From IMG/VR virus record IMGVR_UViG_3300030503_000181: DNA of 64,000 nucleotides, one strand, 5' to 3'. The notes under the pieces were generated by a model. That model saw nothing but the letters and a program-made list of their open reading frames with translations, was not told the origin of the DNA and did not search any database. Made by a program: the position numbers and the translations under genes. Each line of letters starts with the position of its first letter. Position 1 is the stretch's first letter. This document shows positions 1 to 9,426 of the stretch, piece by piece. Origin of the DNA: an uncultured virus (IMG/VR IMGVR_UViG_3300030503_000181) (Duplodnaviria; Heunggongvirae; Uroviricota; Caudoviricetes).

Positions 1-482
1 TGGGTGGGCGTGATGCTTGGGGTGGTGACTGTGGTTGCACCAGCCACGTTAGTTGCCGCAACGGAGGTATCAAATACGGCACTCCCGCCCGTATAACTAA
101 ATTCGTCAGCGAAAATCTGAGTGCTCTGCATACCGCCGCCCCCACCTGTCACCGTCCAAGTAGCGGTGATCGTTGCGCTGGCATTCGCTGGAGCGGAAAG
201 TAGATAGGCCGCGTAGGTTGCGCCAGTCGTGCTGGTTGGAAACGTATTGCCAGTCTGTGTGATTTCCGCTGAGGGTGATTGGGGTGTGACGGTGTAAACG
301 TTGCCGTTGCTGTCTTCGATTACGAGACCCGAGATCGTTGGAATGGCAGTGGTGCCAGCCGTAATGACAATACCGAAGCAGACGAGGTTTCCCTGCGTTG
401 GAGCAGCACCTAGTGTGATAGTAGCCGTATTTCCCGCACCTGATCCAGTTGCGCCCGATCCTAGAACGTGGGTGAATGGCAC
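1..482 (-). CDS. Partial putative virion surface/fibre protein (runs off the left edge)
   Basis: GTG at 482 just after the previous gene's stop. Reads MPFTHVLGSGATGSGAGNTATITLGAAPTQGNLVCFGIVIT..., with the same T/G/A-rich composition as its neighbours. Not in the ORF track. Confidence 0.65.
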   Translation of the reverse strand, partial: MPFTHVLGSGATGSGAGNTATITLGAAPTQGNLVCFGIVITAGTTAIPTISGLVIEDSNGNVYTVTPQSPSAEITQTGNTFPTSTTGATYAAYLLSAPANASATITATWTVTGGGGGMQSTQIFADEFSYTGGSAVFDTSVAATNVAGATTVTTPSITPT

Positions 483-485
483 GGA

Positions 486-3400
486 TTATTCCTCAGTCCA
501 CTCGTAGCTGACGGAGACAGTTTGAGTGGCTATGACACCACTGAGGTTGATTGCAAGTTGCTGGGCAATGCCACGAAGAACGATAGCAGCGGCACCACCG
601 CGTCCGTCGCCGAATGTCCACAACCAAGTGTTGGCACCAGTCGTCGATGCTGACTCGTCAAAGAACTGAGCACCGCGAACTGTACCAACAGCGGCTCCCA
701 AAGTTGGGGCAGCCGTGTAGTTGCGTGGGGCGGCACTGGCAGCGGCGAAGGCACTGTCGTGTGGCACAGCGGTCATCGCTGCGGAGGTTCCGCCTGTGTC
801 AGCCGCCGAACGCTTGACCAGCGTAACAGCCTCCACGCCAGCGGTGCCAGTCGTGGAGAGGGACACTTCAATGCGGTGGATACGGATGGTCTTGCTTGCG
901 CTACCCGGCAGTACGGCAATATCACCCGCGACGGGGGTGAATGAGGCATAGCAAGAGTAGGTAGCCTTGCGCCCATCATTGTTGATAAAGATGCTGCCTG
1001 TGGTGTCGGCCTGCACCGCTCCAGATTGACCATTGGTTAGAGTAGGTGCAGTTGTTAACGTTACAGCGGCGATCTGGAGAGCATTCGCAGCGGCGGTACT
1101 TGCCCCGATTGGGGTATCCATCGCGGCACCAGTGCTGCCGACGATGCCAACTTCCTGCACACCAGCCGCGACCGTGACAACAGCGGTTCCAGCGACAGCT
1201 TGTAGGTCGGTGTTTGTGGCACCGTGTAAATCAACCACTGGGAGAACCATGTCGCCTGTGGTGTACGTGATCGTCGTGTACGAGGTTTCGGCGATAGCAC
1301 CGATTACGGGCAGGAGTTGCGTGTTCGGGGCGGCGTTGTTGTTGGTGTAGTAACCATAGACACTGACTGGGTTGGTGACGAAGGCGTTGACGCCCGGAAC
1401 AAGTACAGCGCCCGGGGAAGTACCGTAGTTGGATGCAGGTCCGAGGTCGGAGCCGCCCCAGTATTGTACGTCTGTGTTGAGGTTACCAGAGAGGTCCGTG
1501 ACCAATAAGCTTTCGTTGCCCGCCACGTAGGTCGGGAACGTTGTGTTGGACGGTGCCGTGATAGACACAAGAGCGCCGATGTTCAACGCACCCGGTACAG
1601 CGGTGTTGTTGCTTCTGTTTCCAGCAACCGTGATGGTATTCGTTACGAAAGCGTTCACAGCGGGGACGTTTACAGCCGCAGGCGTGGTGCCGTAGGCGGT
1701 GACAGCCGTTGCTCCAAGCTGGATTCCCGCCACGGCCTGAAGGTCTTGGTTCAATGCACCATGAAGGTCGGTGACAGGCAGAACTTGGAAGCCGTTGGTG
1801 TAAGTGTTGGTCGTGTATGAGGTCGCAGCAAGGGCGGTCAGGCTGCCTTCGTTGTTGGCAATCGGGGCGGCTGTGTTGTTGGAGAGCGTGCCGCCCGAGA
1901 ACCCAGTAACGTTGACATTCAATGCACCGCCCGTGTTTGTTAGGGCAGTGGTGCCCGAGAACAATGAGGCATTGACACCTTGAACGTTGACTGCCGCAGG
2001 TGCAGTACCAAATGCGGTGACGCCCGTTGCACCAAGCGCAACACCAGCAATGGCTTCGAGGTCGCTCATCAAAGCACCATGCAAGTCCGTGGCAGGAAGA
2101 ACCATGTCGCCTGACGTATAAGTCAAGTTTGTGTACGCAGACTCAGCAATAGCGTTCAGAGTACCCGTGAGCGTGGCAGTCGGAGCCGCGTTGTTGTTTG
2201 TGAGGTTTCCAGCGGTGATCCACGGCGACGTGCTTTGCGTGACCGCAACCGTACCTGTGATTGTGGTTGAAGCTAGAGATACGACCCAAGGAGATGTTCC
2301 TTGGATGCAGTATGCGTTAACGCCTTGTACGTTCGCACCTGTAGGCGCGGTGCCCCAAGTGGTTCCCGCTCCAAGAGCCGTGCCAGCGAGTGCCTGTAAG
2401 TCAATGTTGAGTGCACCATGCAAGTCCGTGACTGGCAGGACTTGGTTGCCCGTGGTGTAAGTAATGGTGTTGTAGGCCGTTTCCGCAATGGCGGGGAGAA
2501 CACCAAGGTTTGTAGCCGCTGGTGCCGCAGTGTTATTGCTCAGTGCACCATCGACAGCCACAGTACCCGTGATGGTTGTGGAAGTGAGTGAGACTACCCA
2601 CGGCGATGTGCCTTGCGTTACCGCGAAGGTCGTTGGGAAGTTCGTTACGTCAACGTAGATTGGGTTGCCCGCTCCGTTCGCCGCAGTGGTAGCGGAGATC
2701 GGCACAGGGTTTGTACCCGAGACGGCGTTCTGACCCACAAACATTTCTGCGTTGACCGCAGGGACAAGAACGGAAGTCGCGGGTGCTGTGCCCCAGTCCG
2801 TAGGCGCTGCAATAGTTGCGGTTACAGTACCGCTCACTACCCAAGGCGATGTGCTTTGGGTTACAGCTACGGTGCCCGTGATCGTCGTCGAAGCGAGAGT
2901 TACGGGGACAGTGTTGGTGATGAAAGCGTTGACCGCAGGCACGTTTACGCCAGCGGGTGTAGAGCCGTATGGTACGACGGCTGTGGCACCCAACGCAACG
3001 CCAGCTACGGCCTGAAGGTCTTGGTTGAGAGCGCCATGCAAGTCTGTAACGGGCAGAACTTGATCGCCCGTGGTGTACGTGATGGTGTTGTACGCGGTCT
3101 CAGCGAGAGCGGGCAGAACGCCAATGTTCGTGGCGGCTGGTGCCGCATTGTTGTTGGTGAGTGCTCCAACGAATGTCCACGGAGCCCCGCCTTGCTGTAC
3201 CGTCCACGTTCCAGACTGGGTAACGGCAACCGTACCCGTGATGGTGGTGGATGCAAGAGAAACGACCCACGGTGAAGTGCCTTGGAAGCAGTAAGCGTTG
3301 ACGCCCTGAACTTCCTCGCCAGTTGGAGCCGTAGCCCAAATGGTGGGACCACCAAGGGCAGCGCCCGCGAGAGCCTGCCAATCCACATTGAGTGCACCAT

Positions 3401-4259
3401 GAAGATCGGTAACGGGCAGAACTTGATCGCCTGTCGTATAGGTGATGGTCGTGTATGCGGTCTCAGCGATTGCTGGGAGGACGCCAAGATTGAATGCGTT
3501 CGGGGCGGCGTTGTTGTTTGTGAGGTTTCCCTGCACTGTGGATGTGCCAGAAACGGTGACAGTACCGCTCACCACCCAAGGAGACGTGCTCTGGGTGACT
3601 GCTACGGTTCCAGTGATCGTGGTTGAAGCCAGAGTGACCGGGACGGTGTTTGTGACATCAACGTAAATGGGGTTGCCAGCATTGTTAGCCGCAGTCGTGG
3701 CGGAAACGGGAACTGGGTTTGTTCCACTGACCGCATTCTGTCCAACGAACATTTCCGCATTGACGGCGGGAACCAATACGCTCGTGGCTGGTGCAGTGCC
3801 CCAGTCCGTGGGCGTCGGGATCGTGGCTTGTACGGCGAACGTGCCCGTGTTTGTGACGGCGATGGTTGTGTTGCTGAAAGCGACCGTCCCGCTTACGACC
3901 CACGGGGATGTGCACTGGGTGACGCAGATCGAGGCGTTGCTGATGGCGACGGTGCCGCTCACAACCCAAGGGGATGTACCTTGCGTGACGGGGAGCGAAG
4001 ATTCCGTAAACGTGACAGTCAGCGGGTTGACCACATTGACGTTCAGTGCTTCAACTGGCGGGCTTCCAGCAAGCGTTGCGGTGAGGGATGTGCAGGTTCC
4101 AACGAAGAGCGAAGCATTGACTGGAATTGCAGCGGTGACAGTAGAGCAGCAGCCGAGACCGGGGCAGGTGCCGAACGCGGATGGCGGGCTAAGCGGAGTG
4201 TTATCCCACTGTGTTATATTGCCCGAAAATGATAGACCGAACGGGTTTTGAACTGGCAT
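486..4259 (-). CDS. Large repeat-rich putative fibre/virion decoration protein (1257 aa)
   Basis: T/V/A/G-rich. Seven copies of a NNxAAP...YTTGDQVLPVTDLHGALN-type repeat and many VTQxTSPWVVS motifs. C-terminal domain ends YEWTEE. Confidence 0.7.
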   Translation of the reverse strand: MPVQNPFGLSFSGNITQWDNTPLSPPSAFGTCPGLGCCSTVTAAIPVNASLFVGTCTSLTATLAGSPPVEALNVNVVNPLTVTFTESSLPVTQGTSPWVVSGTVAISNASICVTQCTSPWVVSGTVAFSNTTIAVTNTGTFAVQATIPTPTDWGTAPATSVLVPAVNAEMFVGQNAVSGTNPVPVSATTAANNAGNPIYVDVTNTVPVTLASTTITGTVAVTQSTSPWVVSGTVTVSGTSTVQGNLTNNNAAPNAFNLGVLPAIAETAYTTITYTTGDQVLPVTDLHGALNVDWQALAGAALGGPTIWATAPTGEEVQGVNAYCFQGTSPWVVSLASTTITGTVAVTQSGTWTVQQGGAPWTFVGALTNNNAAPAATNIGVLPALAETAYNTITYTTGDQVLPVTDLHGALNQDLQAVAGVALGATAVVPYGSTPAGVNVPAVNAFITNTVPVTLASTTITGTVAVTQSTSPWVVSGTVTATIAAPTDWGTAPATSVLVPAVNAEMFVGQNAVSGTNPVPISATTAANGAGNPIYVDVTNFPTTFAVTQGTSPWVVSLTSTTITGTVAVDGALSNNTAAPAATNLGVLPAIAETAYNTITYTTGNQVLPVTDLHGALNIDLQALAGTALGAGTTWGTAPTGANVQGVNAYCIQGTSPWVVSLASTTITGTVAVTQSTSPWITAGNLTNNNAAPTATLTGTLNAIAESAYTNLTYTSGDMVLPATDLHGALMSDLEAIAGVALGATGVTAFGTAPAAVNVQGVNASLFSGTTALTNTGGALNVNVTGFSGGTLSNNTAAPIANNEGSLTALAATSYTTNTYTNGFQVLPVTDLHGALNQDLQAVAGIQLGATAVTAYGTTPAAVNVPAVNAFVTNTITVAGNRSNNTAVPGALNIGALVSITAPSNTTFPTYVAGNESLLVTDLSGNLNTDVQYWGGSDLGPASNYGTSPGAVLVPGVNAFVTNPVSVYGYYTNNNAAPNTQLLPVIGAIAETSYTTITYTTGDMVLPVVDLHGATNTDLQAVAGTAVVTVAAGVQEVGIVGSTGAAMDTPIGASTAAANALQIAAVTLTTAPTLTNGQSGAVQADTTGSIFINNDGRKATYSCYASFTPVAGDIAVLPGSASKTIRIHRIEVSLSTTGTAGVEAVTLVKRSAADTGGTSAAMTAVPHDSAFAAASAAPRNYTAAPTLGAAVGTVRGAQFFDESASTTGANTWLWTFGDGRGGAAAIVLRGIAQQLAINLSGVIATQTVSVSYEWTEE

Positions 4260-4292
4260 TGTTATCTCTCTGTTTAGGAGTTACATAGTCCT

Positions 4293-5081
4293 TTACTGGA
4301 ATTCCTGAATGCTCATCAGCGCACAAAAAGTGGGCGGGCTCCCGCAGCAAGAATCGGTGTACGAAAGACCAGCATCGGCTATGGCGTTCACCGCTGAGGT
4401 CGTGAAATCGCTGCTGTCCATCCAAAAGCTACCCCCGGGTGCTAGTGTGATTCCAGCGAAGAGGATGGCTGGGTTGCTGCCGAAGGAGATGCTCATCGTG
4501 ACATAGGACATGTTCGTCAGATTGAGACCCTTTCGCGAAGGGTTCGATGCCAGCACAACCGATGAAGTCGTCGCTACGCAGATGGACTCGGGCGCATTGG
4601 CGACAGAGGCGGTCTGCGGGCAACAGGGCGGCGGCGTAGTGACGAATGAGTCCGCCGAGTACCCAAAGACCACGGAGCCGCAAACAGCGGGGCTCCCGCA
4701 AGCCGTCCCAGTGATCGGGCTGACGAGTACGACTTGAAAGTACGGTATAGCGGTGAGGTTGAATTCTGCCGCGAGGAACGTGTCAGCTTCCAGCGTGTAG
4801 GTCGGGCCCACCACCCCACCCATTCCCGGCACGTAGCCAGTGAGCGGGAACCAATTCACGCCATCGGTGCTGCCTTGAAACTGGACCGCCCCGCCTGTGA
4901 CGCAGCCTTGGTCTAGGGTGACGATCAGGGTGTTGTACGAGTAGTCGTTGTTGACTATTGTGGCTGTCGTGAGGACGGGGGTGCCACAGTCCCACGGGGA
5001 AAATGTCGCACCGCATTGGGTGTTTTCCCCAACGCTCAGGACTGCGTTGATGGTGTATTGTGACTCAGTGTGCTGACTCAT
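4293..5081 (-). CDS. Putative virion structural protein, beta-rich and Cys-rich (262 aa)
   Basis: Contains VQFQGSTDGVNWFP and LASNPSRKGLNLTN segments typical of phage beta-sandwich structural proteins; lies in the structural block. Confidence 0.55.
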   Translation of the reverse strand: MSQHTESQYTINAVLSVGENTQCGATFSPWDCGTPVLTTATIVNNDYSYNTLIVTLDQGCVTGGAVQFQGSTDGVNWFPLTGYVPGMGGVVGPTYTLEADTFLAAEFNLTAIPYFQVVLVSPITGTACGSPAVCGSVVFGYSADSFVTTPPPCCPQTASVANAPESICVATTSSVVLASNPSRKGLNLTNMSYVTMSISFGSNPAILFAGITLAPGGSFWMDSSDFTTSAVNAIADAGLSYTDSCCGSPPTFCALMSIQEFQ

Positions 5082-5166
5082 TCAATCTGATCCCCTATAA
5101 ACGAGTGGCAAAGCTAAAAAACCTGCTGACTATCAAAAACTCTAGTTTTATTGGGGAAATGAGAGG

Positions 5167-5304
5167 TTACCTCATGCAGTTGCACAATTTTTCTTTGCGA
5201 GTGGTGGTCGCTGCACGGGCATTCGCACATGCAGCGCAGTGGTAGGTGACACTGCCATCGTGGTTGTAGACACGCCATTGAGCTTGTTGACCGCACGCAC
5301 ACAT
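5167..5304 (-). CDS. Small Cys-rich protein (45 aa)
   Basis: ATG overlaps the glycosyltransferase stop (TAATG). MCACGQQAQWRVYNHDGSVTYHCAACANARAATTTRKEKLCNCMR. Confidence 0.55.
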   Translation of the reverse strand: MCACGQQAQWRVYNHDGSVTYHCAACANARAATTTRKEKLCNCMR

Positions 5305-5951
5305 TACTTTTGCCATAGTCTTTGAATTGTCTCCCACGATTCAGGTTTGTAATCCTTGCTCAGATGTTTTCTGCACGCATTAGCCGGATGGATCGCCGCC
5401 ACAACCAAGGCGGGGTCGTTCAGATCAAGCCTAGCTGAAACAGGCGTCTTCTTTTGAAAATTGTAGTCCGCTCCTCCCGCCATGTTGTCGAACTTTAATT
5501 TCTCCCAAGCGGATTTGCGTACCGCTATGGACGCGAGCCAACCGATTCCTTTCGGAGTCGTGTACTGATAGGCTGTTTGGGTGCCGTGCTGATAGTAGTA
5601 AAGAGTGCTCGTTCCCGAGAGGTCTAACGCGGGCCTCTCGATGAGCGGCGTGATCTGGCGGGTGATTCGATTCGCCGGATACCAATCATCATCATCGAAG
5701 ACAATCCCGAACTCGCCACTCGATAACTCAAAGCAGCGGTTCATCTTCGCCCCATGGTGTTTTTTGGGCTTTTCATGGTAATATTTGATCCTCGGATCGG
5801 TCGGCAAAAGACTGCCGATTGGGTCCGCACCATCGTCCAGTATGATCCACTCCAGATTCGGGTAATCTTGTGCGAGGAAGCACTGGATAGCCCGAGGGAA
5901 GAAAGCTCGGCGGTTAAAGGTCGGTGTCAGCGCACTTACGAGGGGGGGCAT
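5304..5951 (-). CDS. Glycosyltransferase family 2
   Basis: MPPLVSALTPTFNR...QDYPNLEWIILDDG...GEFGIVFDDDDW shows GT-A fold motifs. The likely start is ATG 5951 (TAATG overlap), not 6974. Confidence 0.9.
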   Translation of the reverse strand: MPPLVSALTPTFNRRAFFPRAIQCFLAQDYPNLEWIILDDGADPIGSLLPTDPRIKYYHEKPKKHHGAKMNRCFELSSGEFGIVFDDDDWYPANRITRQITPLIERPALDLSGTSTLYYYQHGTQTAYQYTTPKGIGWLASIAVRKSAWEKLKFDNMAGGADYNFQKKTPVSARLDLNDPALVVAAIHPANACRKHLSKDYKPESWETIQRLWQK

Positions 5952-6244
5952 TAGTGTTCGATGCACTTTCTCATGATGCCCGCTACGACTTGAGAGATCG
6001 CAATAACGATAAAGCCTTGCACGATGTGATCGATGAAACCCCCGCCGATTGCCTTGTAGTACGCCAGCACGAGCATCGCCGATACCCAATGGCTGACGCA
6101 CCATGAGCAGGACAATAATTGGTCTAAAAATGGGAATTTCGGTGCCAACCAGTCGTGGGGTTTGGCGAAAATCTTCCCCTCGGCGACGACCAAACTGATC
6201 GCTCCACAGGCAACGCCGAGTTCGGCTAAAAGCGCGAGATTCAT
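5951..6244 (-). CDS. Small membrane protein (DUF1360-like)
   Basis: Hydrophobic helices with an LLSCSWCVSHW motif. Confidence 0.6.
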   Translation of the reverse strand: MNLALLAELGVACGAISLVVAEGKIFAKPHDWLAPKFPFLDQLLSCSWCVSHWVSAMLVLAYYKAIGGGFIDHIVQGFIVIAISQVVAGIMRKCIEH

Positions 6245-6258
6245 ATTGGATAATACTC

Positions 6259-6292
6259 AAAAAGAAAGGGCGCAGGAGTGAATCCTGCGCCC
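6259..6292 (-). terminator. Intrinsic terminator after the DUF3494 gene
   Basis: Stem GGGCGCAGGA/TCCTGCGCCC (6268-6292), followed on the minus strand by TTTCTTTTT. Confidence 0.75.
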
Positions 6293-6313
6293 CATTTGTT
6301 TCAACTGTTAAGG

Positions 6314-8590
6314 TTAGCCGCAGATGCTCGTCTGTTCGGACCAGCGAATCTGTGCAACAGCCTTGGCGCATCCCTTGAAGCTCTTGCCAGCAATCGTGTA
6401 AGTCTTGCCGTTCAAGCAGTCCATGAGACCGTCGAAGTTGCGTGGGAAGGCCGCAGCGTAGCCGCTCCAAACCACTGTGCCGCCAGTGACAGCCGACGCC
6501 GAGGTATCCACATTGACGTTGCCCGGACCAGCCGCGAACGCAGCGCCCGTGAGCGCACCGCCCTCGATAAGCTGGAACAGAACGGTCGAGCCGTCCGTGA
6601 GGACCTGAATCTCGCGGAGAAGCTGTACGATGGTTCCGACGCCGTTGCCTTGAATCGACCACAGTGGGACGAACGCAGTCGTCATGATCTGCTGGTCGAA
6701 TGCTGCACCGCTGTCGTAGGTGTAGTATTGGATGGAGCAAGCAAACTGCTCGTCCGCAGGGATGGTGATGAGTGCGCCCGATGGAGCAAGCTGGAGTACC
6801 TGCGACGTGCCAAGCGAGAAAGTCTCGGGTCCGCAGGTGACCGTTGCGATATCGACGGTGAGGCCGTTGGTGACGTAAACGTCCAGAGCCGCCGTTGCTG
6901 GGCTGCCACTGATCGTGAAGCCAACTGGGGTGCCTGCGATATCCGTGAGGTTGATGTTGAACGGCGTAGAGCAATCGCCGGGGCAGACGTAGATCGGTGT
7001 TGAAGGGGTGTTCGTGACCGTTACGGTGCCAGTGACGCTCACCGTACCCGTGACGCTTACCGTGCCACCAGCCACCTCGACAACTACCGGGGACGAGAAG
7101 TCGTTGGTAATGAAGGTGTTGAGCGAATTCTCCGCTGGGCTACCAGAGGACGTGAAGCTAAATCCGCATACGCTGATGCAAGCGTTTGTAACGTCAACGT
7201 AGATCGGCGTGGTCGGAGTGTTCGAAGTGAGAGTGACATCGCCGCCCGTAACGAAAACGTTGAGCGAGGATTCCGCAGGGCTTCCAGCGGATGTGAAGGT
7301 CGCACCCGTGATGCCGACTGTCCAAGTGCCGCTCTGGGTGACAGCTACGGTGCCGCTGACCGATACGGTCCAAGCGCCCGACTGTACGGACTCAACTGTC
7401 CAAGTACCGCACTGCGTGGCACATACCGTGCCGCCCAAGCTGAAGATGTTGAGCCCATTCTCTGCTGGGCTGCCTGCGGACGTGAAGGATGCTCCGCACA
7501 CTTCGACGCAAGCTGAGAAGTTGGTAACATCGACGTAAATCGGGGTCGATGGGGTGTTCGAGGTGAGGGTAACGTCGCCGCCCGTGACGAAGACATTGAG
7601 TGATGCCTCAGCAGGGCTGCCAGAGATGGTCGTTCCGATTGGAACGCCGCCAACTTCCGTGAGGTTAACAACCCACGGTGATGTGCACTGCGTTACGCAA
7701 ATCTCGCCGCCAGTGACGAAGGTGTTGAGACCGCATACCTGAACGGTAGCGCAGTCTGGGGTGTTGACGATTTCCGCAGTCGAGATGGTGACCGCACCAG
7801 TGTTGGCAAGTGCGCGACCAGTAAGAGTTCCGCCGCCGAGCGTGACGCTTGCGACAGCAAGGATGGTGCCGACTGTGACTGCACCCGGCCCGATGGATGT
7901 CCAAGAGCTACCAGCGACCCAGACGATGTTGCACGCCTGTGCTCCGTTAGCCAATAGGATCGTTCCAGCGATTTGCTGGGTGATGGTGCTGCCAGCGAGG
8001 AATACGAAGGTTGCGTCAGGGTTGCCCTGTGCATCAAGGGTGATCGGCGTGTCGATAGCCAGACTTGAGGCACTTGAGTAAACACCCGGGTAGTACGTGC
8101 CGACTGGAGCACCGATAGAGTTCTGGGTGCCCATGTCCACTGTCGTGAGTGCCGTTCCCGGTCCCAGACCTTGGTAGTAAGTGATGGCTGCCGCGACTGC
8201 GGTCTGGTCTCCAGCGGAGGCCGTGACTTCAGATGCAGGCGGAACGATTACGCCGGGAGGGAATCCCGTGATTGAATTTGTCGGGTACGAACCGACGTTA
8301 CCGCCCGAGATGACCGAGGAACCAGAGTTCGTTACGCCGCTGTAGCCGAGGAGGGCATAGGCTGCCGCAGAGCCAAGCTGAGCGAGAGTTGGAGAGACTC
8401 CACCCGTGCAGGTTGTTCCGACGCCACTGATGGTGACTTCGGGGATGTTGATGACGCCGACATTGATCGAGGCAACAGCAGGGCTACCCGAGACTGTTAT
8501 GAGGGGACAACCCGTAGTATCGTCGTAGATACCGAAGACGGAGATTCCCGTGTACTGCCCGCCCGCGCATGATTGGCAATTTTCTGGCAT
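6314..8590 (-). CDS. Putative fibre protein with a DUF3494 (ice-binding-type) domain (758 aa)
   Basis: LGSAAAYALLGYSGVTNSGSSVISG...PGVYSSASSLAIDTPITLDAQGNPDATFVF...LANGAQACNIVWVAGSS...GTILA...GRALANTGAVT matches the DUF3494 pattern. It is followed by GSPAExSLNVFVTGG repeats. Confidence 0.8.
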   Translation of the reverse strand: MPENCQSCAGGQYTGISVFGIYDDTTGCPLITVSGSPAVASINVGVINIPEVTISGVGTTCTGGVSPTLAQLGSAAAYALLGYSGVTNSGSSVISGGNVGSYPTNSITGFPPGVIVPPASEVTASAGDQTAVAAAITYYQGLGPGTALTTVDMGTQNSIGAPVGTYYPGVYSSASSLAIDTPITLDAQGNPDATFVFLAGSTITQQIAGTILLANGAQACNIVWVAGSSWTSIGPGAVTVGTILAVASVTLGGGTLTGRALANTGAVTISTAEIVNTPDCATVQVCGLNTFVTGGEICVTQCTSPWVVNLTEVGGVPIGTTISGSPAEASLNVFVTGGDVTLTSNTPSTPIYVDVTNFSACVEVCGASFTSAGSPAENGLNIFSLGGTVCATQCGTWTVESVQSGAWTVSVSGTVAVTQSGTWTVGITGATFTSAGSPAESSLNVFVTGGDVTLTSNTPTTPIYVDVTNACISVCGFSFTSSGSPAENSLNTFITNDFSSPVVVEVAGGTVSVTGTVSVTGTVTVTNTPSTPIYVCPGDCSTPFNINLTDIAGTPVGFTISGSPATAALDVYVTNGLTVDIATVTCGPETFSLGTSQVLQLAPSGALITIPADEQFACSIQYYTYDSGAAFDQQIMTTAFVPLWSIQGNGVGTIVQLLREIQVLTDGSTVLFQLIEGGALTGAAFAAGPGNVNVDTSASAVTGGTVVWSGYAAAFPRNFDGLMDCLNGKTYTIAGKSFKGCAKAVAQIRWSEQTSICG

Positions 8591-8681
8591 GTGGTTTCCT
8601 AGTGAATCCGAAGATAAATTGGTGGACGCACCACCCCAAAGAGCCCTCTACCCTTAGATAGGGGAAGTTGAGAAATCTCCC

Positions 8682-9425
8682 TTATTGTTCGTCCCAAGCG
8701 AACGAGGCCCCAGCGGAAGCACACCTGCCTCCCGTGGTGGGCGCAAAGACGATAGTTATTACGGACGGCTGAGCGGGGGACCCCGTAAACCCAAATTTGA
8801 ACTTGTAATCATTTTTGTATGGATTCATGCCGATAAACCCGGCGTCGAGCAGCGTTCCGCCAGAGTACGAAGTGGCTGAAACGTCGTAAGTCATACTAGA
8901 CGCAGGGTCTACGCTCACGAAGTTAGCTCCCGTCAATGTCGCATTGAGGAGAAGCTGGAAATGACATATCTGCCCAGCACTGGAAATGTCCAAACCTCTG
9001 AAAGTGAAGACGATAGCCCCATCAGCGTCGATCTGAGGAGTAATGCTCAGCATGGGCACGAGCCCGCCCGTCGAATTCTGCACCAGCGTCAACCCTGTAG
9101 TCGCCGCAAAGCGTGAGATGGGCTCCAAATCCTCAGGATTGGGCGTCCCGCTGTCGAACGTTAACAGAACGTCAAAGGCAGAAATCTGACCCGCAGGGAG
9201 TGGCGAGAACAGTGTGATGACGAGGTTACCAAATTGGTCGATTGCTGCTGTGGCTGGCGGGTCGATGCTCGTGATGAACGCGGATGTGGGGATCAATCCC
9301 ACTGGCGACATCACCAGCGTGGAGCCAGTCGTGCTCTGGAACAGGTACTCTACCGGGAACGTGAAGACGGAGGAATTCCCATCACCCTGCAACGAAATCG
9401 AAATGGGGACTACTTGACGTAGCAT
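8682..9425 (-). CDS. Putative virion structural protein (247 aa)
   Basis: C-terminal part resembles that of 6314-8590 (QL...ATLTGANF; ends AWDEQ). Confidence 0.55.
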   Translation of the reverse strand: MLRQVVPISISLQGDGNSSVFTFPVEYLFQSTTGSTLVMSPVGLIPTSAFITSIDPPATAAIDQFGNLVITLFSPLPAGQISAFDVLLTFDSGTPNPEDLEPISRFAATTGLTLVQNSTGGLVPMLSITPQIDADGAIVFTFRGLDISSAGQICHFQLLLNATLTGANFVSVDPASSMTYDVSATSYSGGTLLDAGFIGMNPYKNDYKFKFGFTGSPAQPSVITIVFAPTTGGRCASAGASFAWDEQ

Positions 9426-9426
9426 G

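Noticed and set aside
486..4259. Diversity-generating retroelement target or template repeats
   Set aside because: No reverse transcriptase in the window, and the repeats look like ordinary protein repeats; I saw no adenine-specific variation.
5952..6974. N-terminal extension of the 556-aa glycosyltransferase ORF
   Set aside because: It overlaps two better genes and a terminator; GT2 similarity starts at ATG 5951.
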